Shown: one piece after another, positions 19,701-26,938 of the stretch
Layout: every line of letters begins with the position of its first letter
How positions within the stretch are numbered: the first letter of the stretch is position 1
Assembly (NCBI GenBank): GCA_040386785.1
Contig: JAZKEW010000128.1
Span: 11,152-44,051, forward strand
Direction: 5' to 3'
Length of the DNA stretch: 32,900 nt
Origin: Bdellovibrionota bacterium
GTDB lineage: Bacteria > Bdellovibrionota_B > Oligoflexia > Silvanigrellales > Silvanigrellaceae
Position numbers and translations under genes: made by a program
The notes under the pieces: model-generated
The model's database searches: none
Seen by the model: the letters and a program-made list of their open reading frames with translations, nothing else
Told to the model about the DNA's origin: nothing

Positions 19701-19970
19701 CAACATAAAAACGGGAGCAGTAAAATATTTACAGACATACCACCCAACATGGTTGAAAGCGACGGCGTATGGGCCAGAGTACCTTCGCGTTCACAAGTAC
19801 CTAAACCCCCTAGCACAAGTGCAGCAGGGAAGGAGGAGATATTCATTTCGGGTCGTGAAGTTAGAGCTGAAGCAGGGAAGGCAGCACCCATATCCACTAC
19901 ACCCTCGAAAAAATCCTTATTAGACGGTTTTCCTACAGAAAATGAACTGTTTCAGAGTATTAAAAAATAA
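16785..19970 (+). CDS. Large hypothetical protein with Pro/Ser/Thr-rich termini and an internal tandem duplication
   Basis: 1061-aa uninterrupted ORF with AGGAG SD; no signal peptide; two similar ~290-aa modules visible by eye. Confidence 0.8.
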   Translation: MSSPLPLRAATTGPALKPTPSKPGSDPAMSSSTSASVLFTPKAPERDDALKGLFEKGKTPPRDLRLSERKKIFKLVQTALKNLKDDKYEPNKDVHLRDKADEALFLLGVLDNLVSATGFGGESPSHKNAVDDEKISIAADAPLNQKPTNNSPDYGFDVLYAEIWTFYKGGSSTLFQLSTSEEDKALITRARQLANRAPDDKTPLTAEELFLATYTKFTATSPAVISLKNEVIEHYTAAVDRVLALLDMPEEKAIQQSDIHAIQALIKDFIAACQKEIKEKPKITLLETSPEFQSKVSELKKLKEELKNAQTLAQFLLDLKNALSTTEGDKSLYKYDSKKIDTLKAGLTGHSEILTSLKNLTKFINNQLTIPKNSLEYFLDSGNQNRSTSPIKLIQCQNLVGKNSDEVLAVYREIISQINQLVGENEGKNVRFVFWYGDDEGAINVPDYLNSPEFVHELSKNGLDLRSTFAKNSAHIPEVKNADSGLIAIAFCIAHIKITRAEAHIADQKIVKEMRDAAQAHAITCVNEFTAAAFDSTKTMKHETASTMNELVLDLIEKCSKEIQAKEGEIQKQTTQSAFANALEVDYSKKIDELTKLRTQWTQLISLIDLFTYMFNKDDRKTADKDDYKFQENLWAGVSLANGHTTSLTDEKDIRGLLKQVTDSLIPELFSDQASARLSLTHFMTTVRSSTTTPPQHVFLVTQPLSTVSVAAKIIDEHTKNTSIQFAFVISNNDGNSSVPDRNFFESLNNELLSQGSQIQIQLKVGIPSNPVQETQSDVNSIINCVDWCAKALIVKQSVPKLASLEVNADADNKFAMERVITTPGAEYALDDVTYMFVNAVNFANTSPFNIRNNGLRMTQNCLKEYKKYLLDHYGSESLELRISLIRLIEKLATASDAPTSGYKTLTCDIEFMSDFNAIFVYNKAVFAAAFKPAQVRPQTSQTLPKLPPDLPTVNGPSAPSWSSQAPLGGSGQHKNGSSKIFTDIPPNMVESDGVWARVPSRSQVPKPPSTSAAGKEEIFISGREVRAEAGKAAPISTTPSKKSLLDGFPTENELFQSIKK

Positions 19971-20116
19971 AAAACCAACATATTTTGTCTATTTCTTCAA
20001 CAGCCAGTGCTAATCGAAATTGCCTTGCTTGTGATATCTAAAGCTACATCACATAAAATCAACTTCCCGTTAGTATATGTAAACCAATCCATTTGAACTT
20101 CATCAGCACTTTCAGC

Positions 20117-20149
20117 TTGACTAAATATATCATAAAATTTAATATTAAA
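20117..20149 (+). promoter_or_regulatory. Sigma70-like promoter of the MqsR-like TA operon
   Basis: TTGACT (20117-20122), 17 nt, TAATAT (20140-20145); the palindrome TTTAATATTAAA (20138-20149) spans the -10. Confidence 0.6.
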
Positions 20150-20179
20150 CATCTTATGACACATTATACAGAGGTCTAG

Positions 20180-20554
20180 ATGCAGCAAGATATTACTCTC
20201 ACAGAGGTAGCCGAATTTCTTCAAACGTTCAAAGAAAATGCACAAGGAATCCCCCAGCGGGTTTTTTTAGTGCCAAGGTCAAAAAATTTAGAATCCATAG
20301 CAGAAATGGGTTTTACAGAAAAAATAGCCAAAGAGGCTATCTTAAATATTTTACCCATCGAGTACTCACAGGGGCCTTTATTGGAAAAAAATTATAACTT
20401 TGGTGAACAAGAATTATGGGTTTTTGGGAAAGATGTTTTTGGCTTTGAAGTCTACATCAAAACCACTGTAGGAATTAAAAAAGACGAATGCAAATGTTTA
20501 TCTTTTCATAAATCAGAGCGTCCAATGATTTATATTTTTAAAACAAAGGAGTAA
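20180..20554 (+). CDS. MqsR/RelE-fold-like toxin
   Basis: PR.KN...AEMG, YSQGP, LWVFGK....EVYIK and CLSFH motifs; toxin-first order ahead of an MqsA-like gene. Confidence 0.8.
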   Translation: MQQDITLTEVAEFLQTFKENAQGIPQRVFLVPRSKNLESIAEMGFTEKIAKEAILNILPIEYSQGPLLEKNYNFGEQELWVFGKDVFGFEVYIKTTVGIKKDECKCLSFHKSERPMIYIFKTKE

Positions 20555-20559
20555 CACAT

Positions 20560-21540
20560 ATGCCAGTTAAAAATTGCCCTACTTGTGGGGCTCAAGGTTG
20601 CATTGTCAGTAGAACATCTCCTCGTAAAATAACCGTTAAGAAAGAAATTATTGAAATAAACGACCACTTTTTATTTTGCACACAATGCCAAGAAGAATTT
20701 AATAACCCCGATATTGAATTTGATGCTTTGGAAGAAGCCTATAAAATTTATCGTGCAAAACATCATTTTGTGACCCCAGAACAAATTACTTCTTATCGTA
20801 AAAGTTTAGGCTTGACTCAAATTGAATTCGCGAAGCTCTTAGGCTTTGGTGATGCCACAATTCAACGTTATGAAAGCGGTGCCTTGCAAGAAAACTCTCA
20901 CGATTCTGCTATTCAAATGGCAATGACCATGGACGGCCTCAAAAAACTTATTGAAAAGAATAGCTCCACCATTCCAGATGAAAAAATGGCCTTAATAGAA
21001 AGCTATGTGCGAAAAAAACAATTTGAAACAAATATTGAGCTCATTATTCCTCAAGAAATTAGCGAATTTACAGGAAACAAAAAATTTGACTGGAATAAAT
21101 TTAGAGATGTTATTGAAATTTTGTGCGCTAATGGGCAGTACTACACAAAACTTAACAAATTACTTTTTTATGCTGATTTTTATTATTACAAAATAAGAAC
21201 TGTTTCAATAACTGGCTGCGCTTATATTCATTTACCATATGGGCCAGTTCCATTTCATTATAGTGATCTTTACGATATGCTTCCCGCAGAAAGTTTTCTC
21301 CTCGCTGCGGAGGGCATTGGAACGAAATGCAAATCACTCAAGAAATCCTCTCCACAATTTCTAACAAAAGATGAAATTGACATTTTAAATGCTGTCTTAA
21401 ACTATTTTAAAGAAATAAATTCAAAAGAGATTTCCGACTTATCTCATTTAGAAGACGCTTATATTAAAACAAAAATGCACTCACAAATTTCTTATAAATT
21501 CTCTTCTTCATTAAAATTACAGCTAGAACCAACCAATTAA
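20560..21540 (+). CDS. MqsA-like antitoxin: Zn-ribbon + XRE HTH + DUF4065 (Panacea/SocA) domain
   Basis: CPTC...CTQC Zn ribbon; YRKSLGLTQIEFAKLLGFGDATIQRYESG HTH; TKLNKLLFYADF...YGPVP...SDLSH DUF4065 motifs. Confidence 0.88.
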   Translation: MPVKNCPTCGAQGCIVSRTSPRKITVKKEIIEINDHFLFCTQCQEEFNNPDIEFDALEEAYKIYRAKHHFVTPEQITSYRKSLGLTQIEFAKLLGFGDATIQRYESGALQENSHDSAIQMAMTMDGLKKLIEKNSSTIPDEKMALIESYVRKKQFETNIELIIPQEISEFTGNKKFDWNKFRDVIEILCANGQYYTKLNKLLFYADFYYYKIRTVSITGCAYIHLPYGPVPFHYSDLYDMLPAESFLLAAEGIGTKCKSLKKSSPQFLTKDEIDILNAVLNYFKEINSKEISDLSHLEDAYIKTKMHSQISYKFSSSLKLQLEPTN

Positions 21541-21638
21541 ATCTCCACCCACTGATGCAATAAAATCCCGAAACCTGTAAATAATAAACTCCAACTTTAC
21601 ATTTTCCGTAAAAAAATAAACCGAGAAGGCCACAACAT

Positions 21639-22783
21639 ATGAGCTTTACAAGGGAAATTAGCGAACTACTCAAAAAACAGGCCCGCCTATTTAAAATCTT
21701 TACTCTTCTAGGCCCCAGGCAAAGCGGCAAAACCACCCTGCTGCGCACGTTATTTCTGAATTACATCTATGTATCGCTAGAAAGCCCTGACGTTTTAGAA
21801 CGAATGATCTCCGATTTTCGCAGTTTTTTTAGAGACATTGGATTTTAGATGAAGCGCACAATTCCCCTCAATTATTTGCTTACCTTCAAGAATTTGTTGA
21901 TGACCCCACTCGTGAAAATAAATTTATTTTATCCAGCTCTCAGAATTTTTTATTGCATGAAAAAATTGCGCAAAGTTTAGCTGGGCGTATTGGCTTATAC
22001 GAATTGTTGCCACTCACTTATTCTGAGTACAAAACTTTTACTGAATTAAAAAATCTCACCTTGTTGGAATATTTATTTGGTGGTCAGTACCCCAGGCCAT
22101 ACAATGAAAAGTTGTCCATAAAAAAATGGATTGAAAGCTGCGTTGTTTAGGCTTAGATACGAAACTAGGGACATAAAAGACCTTGCAAAATTTAAATTAT
22201 TTATGAAGCTGTGCGCTGGATATCACGGACAACAATTCAATGCCCATCAAGTTTCCATTGATTGTGGCATATCGCAAACAACTGTACACAATTGGTTGGG
22301 AATTTTGGAATCTAGCTTTATTATATTTAAACTTCAACCATATTATAAAAACTATAATAAACGCTTGGTAAAGTCTGCAAAAATATACTTTTATGACTCT
22401 GCAATTGTCTGCTACCTTTTAGGCGTTGATTCCCTACAACATGTAGAACTTCATCCACAAAAAGGTGCTATTTTTGAAGGTTTTATAAGCGCTGAAATGA
22501 TAAAATTATCTAAGAATTTTGAAACTATAAGCAGCCTTATTATTGGCGCACTCATCAAGGACAAGAAATTGATGTCATTATTGATTCTTCACCCTTGAAA
22601 ATAGTGGAACTAAAATCTGGGGCTACTTTTCAAAAATCATTCGTGGAAAACATATTGAATTGGCAGTTGTTATCAGAAGATAATGCACAAGGATTTTTAG
22701 TGTATGGGGGAGAAGAAGATTTTGAATTTAAAAATATTCACGTACTACCTTGGCACAAAGTAGCGCAAATATTTCGCAGCTAA
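21639..22783 (+). pseudogene. Frameshifted AAA_14/DUF4143 ATPase-nuclease pseudogene
   Basis: Walker A GPRQSGKT, Walker B ILDEAH with SLAGR, KRLVKSAKIYFYD, and YYWRTHQGQEID..VELKS fall in four successive segments; frame breaks near 21840, 22140-22160 and 22525. Confidence 0.85.
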
Positions 22784-22827
22784 CTTGCCACATAAATTTT
22801 TCCCTAGACATAACTCCAATTACATTA

Positions 22828-22878
22828 TGTTATAAAAGTCGGTTTTACTGACATCATCACAAAAACCGACTTTTATAA
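22828..22878 (+). promoter_or_regulatory. 17-bp perfect inverted repeat with an extended -10-like element
   Basis: TTATAAAAGTCGGTTTT (22830-22846), 15 nt, AAAACCGACTTTTATAA (22862-22878); TGtTATAAA at 22828-22836. Could be an operator or a terminator. Confidence 0.55.
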
Positions 22879-23024
22879 ATTCCAATAATATTAAACTGTT
22901 GAATACTAAAAGGAAATTGGCTTTTAGAAAAAATACTCTCTAAAAATAAAAAAATTTTTTTCATTTTTCAGGAAAACTAAACTCTAAAAACAAAGAAACA
23001 AAAAAAGAATTTATATAAAAATAG

Positions 23025-23119
23025 AGCATATTTTCTGAAATAGATGATCTCTTAGAAAGAAAGTCGAGTTTGTTGACGTGGCAGAGAATATGAGAACTAG
23101 AAGACTTGTTCTAAAAACC
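23025..23119 (+). pseudogene. Possible relic of a minimal nucleotidyltransferase (MNT) gene
   Basis: With one base restored it reads SIFSEIDDLLERKVEFVDVAENMRTRRLVLKT, resembling the L..LL.RKVDLVD C-terminal MNT pattern. Confidence 0.3.
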
Positions 23120-23138
23120 AACCTACAGATTTAGCAAA

Positions 23139-23226
23139 TTGCTTTCTCAGCACGTTATCGGCATAATCAAATAGGCAGAAACGCCGATAACATGCCGAGA
23201 AAGTGCCGATAACATGCCGAGAAAAT
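23139..23226 (+). repeat. Fic promoter with 11-bp repeats (four direct, two inverted)
   Basis: TTGCTT-17-CATAAT (23139-23167); direct units GCCGATAACAT/GCCGAGAAAGT/GCCGATAACAT/GCCGAGAAAAT (23183-23226); an inverted double unit at 23141-23164 fills the promoter spacer. Confidence 0.8.
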
Positions 23227-24317
23227 TCTGCCCTACATATGCAATAACCCCCAAGATTGCTCAAGATCTTCTAAAAATTGAATCTATCAAAGAAAAAATT
23301 GTCCACTTGCCCCTAACACCAACAATACTCTCCTCATTACGAGAAACTGCACGACTTTTTACGACTCATTACTCCACCATGATTGAGGGAAATCGTCTTG
23401 AACTGCAACAAATAGATGATGTGTTAAAACATAAAGGCCACTTTCCAGGGCGCGAACGTGACGAACATGAAGTCAAAGGTTACTATGCCGCACTAACACA
23501 AATTGAACAGTGGGTCGCAAAAGAGACTCCTATAAATGAAAAAATGCTGCAAACTTTGCACGCCATGGTCATGAGCAGCGGTTCTGCTCGGGTCAAACCA
23601 ACTCCATACCGAGATGGACAAAACGTAATTCGTGACGGACACACAAAACAAATTGTCTATATGCCCCCAGAAGCTAAAGATGTCCCACACTTAATGGCAG
23701 CATTGATAAATTGGATTTCTGACAATAAAAATACTCTTCCTTGTCCAGTGGTCGCAAGTATTGTTCATTATCAATTTGCAACAATACACCCTTATTATGA
23801 TGGAAACGGCAGAACGGCGCGCCTTTTAACAACATTTATTTTGCACTTAGGAAATTATGATTTAAAGGGTTTATATTCTCTTGAAGAATATTATGCACGC
23901 AATTTATCAGGTTATTATAACGCAATTAGCATAGGCACTTCTCATAATTATTATATGGGAAGAGAAAATGCTGATATTACAAAATGGATAGATTATTTTA
24001 TTGGCGGCATGCTTATTTCATTTGAAAAAGTTTATGAACATATGCATGAAGCTCATCTCCACGGCGCAGCAGACAATACAGAACTTATTCGTAATTTAGA
24101 TGCCAAACAACGTAAAGTTTTAGAACTTTTTCAACAATTTTCTGTTGTCACTTCTAGTCAAATTGGAAATTTATTCGGATTTAAGCCTCGTACCAGTACT
24201 CAACTTTGTAAAAAGTGGACTGAAGCAGGTTTTCTTGAAATCATAAATTTTTCAAATAAGGGAAGAAAATATAGGCTTGCAAAATATTATGAAGAACTAC
24301 TTTGCAAGAAAAAATAA
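23214..24317 (+). CDS. Fic-domain protein (class II-like) with C-terminal wHTH
   Basis: HPYYDGNGRTAR Fic motif; N-terminal inhibitory-like STMIEGN; C-terminal wHTH (QRKVLE...TSSQIGNLFG..PRT). Confidence 0.93.
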   Translation: MPRKFCPTYAITPKIAQDLLKIESIKEKIVHLPLTPTILSSLRETARLFTTHYSTMIEGNRLELQQIDDVLKHKGHFPGRERDEHEVKGYYAALTQIEQWVAKETPINEKMLQTLHAMVMSSGSARVKPTPYRDGQNVIRDGHTKQIVYMPPEAKDVPHLMAALINWISDNKNTLPCPVVASIVHYQFATIHPYYDGNGRTARLLTTFILHLGNYDLKGLYSLEEYYARNLSGYYNAISIGTSHNYYMGRENADITKWIDYFIGGMLISFEKVYEHMHEAHLHGAADNTELIRNLDAKQRKVLELFQQFSVVTSSQIGNLFGFKPRTSTQLCKKWTEAGFLEIINFSNKGRKYRLAKYYEELLCKKK

Positions 24318-24324
24318 AGTAAAA

Positions 24325-25503
24325 CTAACAAATCTCTTCCAATGACTCCTCCAATCCGTACCAAGGAACCAAATCAAATTCCGTCCTAACTTGTTTTTCA
24401 ACCCCCCCATAAACAACAAAGGGGCGCTCAAGCTGAATATAATCTTTAACCGATCGAATTCCTTTTAAAAATTCATCTCGAAATGTTTCTGCAGATTTAA
24501 TTTCAATTGGATATAATTTTCCTCCATAGGAAAAAATAAGATCAATTTCATTATCTTTCGTATCACGGTAAAAATAAAACCGATGCTGTTTGCCTTGATT
24601 AAATCTCCATTTAATAGCTTCGCTCACCTGCATATTTTCAAAAATATTTCCCCGCAAAGGATGAGTCGTAACATGTTTTTCATTTTCAATTCCAAGTAAA
24701 AAACACACAAGCCCAACATCATAAAAATATAATTTCGGAGATTTAATAAGACGTTTCCCTATATTTTCAAAATATGGCTGCAATCTAAAAATAATAAAAG
24801 ATGCTTCTAAAACAGAAAGCCACTCTTCTACAGTTTTTGCTGAGATACCCACATCACGAGCAAGACTATCTTTATTCAAAATTTGCCCAACCCTACCAGC
24901 ACACAGTGTTATAAATTTTTTAAATAAAGAAAGATCTTTTATCATAATAAGTTCGCGAACATCTCTTTCAACATAAGTTTCAAAATAACTACTGTAAAAA
25001 AAATCACTCGATGTCTTTGAAGAGTAAATTCTTGGATAAAAACCTTTGATTAAAAACTCGTTAATATCTAAATTTTTTGGTATTAATAAATTAGATTGTT
25101 GCAATTCAGACAAGGAAAAAGGCAGCAAATGAAATACGGCTGTTCTACCAGCCAAAGACTGATTAATAGATCGCATCATTGTAAATTGATGACTTCCTGA
25201 CAAAATAAATTGCCCATTTCTTTTTTTTTCGTCTACAATAACCTGAATATAAGAAAGTAACTCTGGTACACGTTGAACTTCATCAAGAATAACTCCATCT
25301 GGAAACTGTCTTAAAAAAGATGAAGGATCCATTCTTGCAAAGTCTTGAACTTTAGGTTCTTCAAGATTTATGTACTTAAAATTTGGAAATTGCGTTTTAA
25401 TTAAAGTTGTTTTTCCTGACTGACGAGGCCCTGTGATTGTCACCACTGGAAACTCTTCCATGCCTTTTTGAACAGCTAAGGCTAGCTTGCGAGGCAAATC
25501 CAT
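24325..25503 (-). CDS. AAA_14/DUF4143 ATPase with C-terminal PD-(D/E)xK-like domain
   Basis: GPRQSGKT, ILDEVQ, LSGS, SLAGR, YVERD, central HTH (SLARDVGISAKTVEEWL), KSPKLYFYDVG and EIDL..IEIKS. Confidence 0.92.
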   Translation of the reverse strand: MDLPRKLALAVQKGMEEFPVVTITGPRQSGKTTLIKTQFPNFKYINLEEPKVQDFARMDPSSFLRQFPDGVILDEVQRVPELLSYIQVIVDEKKRNGQFILSGSHQFTMMRSINQSLAGRTAVFHLLPFSLSELQQSNLLIPKNLDINEFLIKGFYPRIYSSKTSSDFFYSSYFETYVERDVRELIMIKDLSLFKKFITLCAGRVGQILNKDSLARDVGISAKTVEEWLSVLEASFIIFRLQPYFENIGKRLIKSPKLYFYDVGLVCFLLGIENEKHVTTHPLRGNIFENMQVSEAIKWRFNQGKQHRFYFYRDTKDNEIDLIFSYGGKLYPIEIKSAETFRDEFLKGIRSVKDYIQLERPFVVYGGVEKQVRTEFDLVPWYGLEESLEEIC

Positions 25504-25520
25504 TGCTAAATTTCCCTTTA

Positions 25521-25579
25521 ATTATAGAATGTTAAATAAAATGGTGTAAATCAGGAGTTCAACTCACGATTTACACCAT
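25521..25579 (-). promoter_or_regulatory. Promoter with 19-bp inverted repeat upstream of the 24325-25503 ATPase
   Basis: Arms 25541-25559 and 25561-25579 (ATGGTGTAAATC..GAGTT-C-AACTC..GATTTACACCAT, 2 mismatches); minus-strand TTTACA-18-TATAAT with the -35 inside the proximal arm. Confidence 0.65.
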
Positions 25580-25607
25580 CGTACCTTGAACATTCAAAAG
25601 ATACAAA

Positions 25608-26753
25608 TCAAATAATTTCATCTGCCCACAATTTTTTTATAAACTCCATGGCGGGTAAAATTTCAATACCATCCTCTGTTTTGCGTCCTTGCGTTTCCAT
25701 ACAAACAATAATTCTCTTTTTTACACGGGGGATTTCTTCATATAAAACACGCATATTTTTTAGATGATCGGCTTTTATACTTTGTGATGATTTGCATTCA
25801 AGAGCCACTTCCATGTCATTTAAAATAAAGTCAATTTCCACACCATTATCCATACGCCAAAAGCTAATGTCATAAAATTTATCCGTATACTGGCTATGGG
25901 CGCGCAATTCATGAAAAACCCAATTCTCAAATGCTTTTCCATATAATTCTGTGCCTATTTGAATTTTTCCTCGTTTATTCAAAAAATTCACCACACCCAC
26001 ATCAAAAAAATAAAACTTAGGGTTAGAAATGGTTTTTCGTTTTTCTCTTTTTGCATAAGAAGGTAATATATAACCGACAAGAGTGTCTTGTAAAATTTCA
26101 AAATATTCTTTTATAGTTGGGCTAGAAACACCACAATCACGAGCAATAGTACTATAGTTAATAATTTCCGTGTCTGAAAAAGAAGCCGCATTTAAAAATC
26201 GAGTAAAGACAGGTAAATTTCTAACTAAACCTTCTGCAGCAATTTCCTCTTTTAGATAATCATTTATATAGGCCTGCAACATTCTTTTTGGATTTTCAGC
26301 CAAATAATGACGAGGCAAATACCCATGGTTTAAGGCTTTTTCAAGATTAAATTCTGCACCAATTTCTTGTGCAATTAAGCCAAATAATTCATACCTTAGA
26401 GCACGTCCACCAAGTAAATTCGCATGTCCACGTTTTAATTTTCGTGCACTAGAACCACAAAGGACAAATTTAACCCCTTTATTTTCAATAAGCCAATGAA
26501 CTTCATCAAGAAGTTCTGGTATTTTTTGAACCTCGTCCACCAGAACAATAGAATCATTGGAAAGGAGAATTTCTTCTCTAAGTAATGAAGGGTTATTTTT
26601 GTATTTCATGTAAACATTATTTTTTAAAAGATCGATCCGGGTTGCCATTGGAAAAATGAAATGCAACAATGTGCTTTTGCCCGTTTGCCTTGGTCCCCAT
26701 ATGAAAATAGACTCTTGGCTGGTGGTATCAAGCATCAGTTTACGGTTAAACAT
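25608..26753 (-). CDS. AAA_14/DUF4143 ATPase with C-terminal PD-(D/E)xK-like domain (second intact paralogue)
   Basis: GPRQTGKS, LVDEVQK, LCGSSARKL, LLGGR, YLKEEI, HTH (IARDCGVSSPTIKEYF), PKFYFFDVG and EIDF..LECKS. Confidence 0.92.
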   Translation of the reverse strand: MFNRKLMLDTTSQESIFIWGPRQTGKSTLLHFIFPMATRIDLLKNNVYMKYKNNPSLLREEILLSNDSIVLVDEVQKIPELLDEVHWLIENKGVKFVLCGSSARKLKRGHANLLGGRALRYELFGLIAQEIGAEFNLEKALNHGYLPRHYLAENPKRMLQAYINDYLKEEIAAEGLVRNLPVFTRFLNAASFSDTEIINYSTIARDCGVSSPTIKEYFEILQDTLVGYILPSYAKREKRKTISNPKFYFFDVGVVNFLNKRGKIQIGTELYGKAFENWVFHELRAHSQYTDKFYDISFWRMDNGVEIDFILNDMEVALECKSSQSIKADHLKNMRVLYEEIPRVKKRIIVCMETQGRKTEDGIEILPAMEFIKKLWADEII

Positions 26754-26763
26754 AGAGAATCCT

Positions 26764-26859
26764 TAAAGCAGTACTTTAAATTAAACGGTAAAATTTAAAG
26801 TGCTACTTTAAATTATTCACGGTAAAGTATAGTTTATTCAAGTATTTACACCAAGTCAA
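26764..26859 (-). promoter_or_regulatory. Promoter and 19-bp inverted repeat upstream of the 25608-26753 ATPase
   Basis: Minus-strand TTGACT (26859-26854), 17 nt, TAAACT (26836-26831); inverted arms 26764-26782 and 26792-26810 (2 mismatches); TACTTTAAATTA..ACGGTAAA is also repeated directly. Confidence 0.7.
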
Positions 26860-26938
26860 CGATCAAATTTCAAAAACGGAACCTCATTCAAACCTTACGA
26901 CCACCCCATGGTGGATCTGCACAGAACTGGAACTCAAA

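Larger units (their letters stand above)
13972..26860. other. Accessory TA/defence-like island interrupting the dcw cluster
   Basis: About 13 kb of TA, Abi, Fic and ATPase-nuclease genes in mixed orientation between ftsI and murE, which are normally adjacent; no integrase, transposase or clear att repeats; boundaries approximate. Confidence 0.8.

Noticed and set aside
19930-19970. WH2 actin-binding motif at the C-terminus of the 1061-aa protein (NELFQSIKK after a Pro-rich tract)
   Set aside because: The protein ends before any LKKT-like element, so the resemblance is too short to support.
13963-19975. 14-bp direct repeat AAAAAATAAAAAAC at 13963-13976 and 19962-19975 as a target-site duplication
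   Set aside because: Low complexity; both copies are Lys-Lys-stop plus an A-run in an AT-rich genome, and there is no recombinase nearby.
19997-20245. 82-aa minus-strand ORF as a real gene
   Set aside because: It overlaps the MqsR-like gene start and its promoter; only the distal part looks like decayed coding sequence.
21639-22783. Programmed frameshifting or a multi-gene operon in the four ATPase fragments
   Set aside because: Three separate breaks with lost residues (for example the Y.ERD motif) and a degenerate palindrome fit decay better; sequencing error cannot be fully excluded, but neighbouring long genes are intact.
23183-23226. CRISPR-like array
   Set aside because: The units are 11 bp, contiguous and lack spacers; there are no cas genes.
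13972-26860. Integron cassette array or prophage
   Set aside because: No integrase, no repeated attC-like sites (each palindrome is different and lies upstream of its gene), mixed gene orientation, and no phage structural genes.
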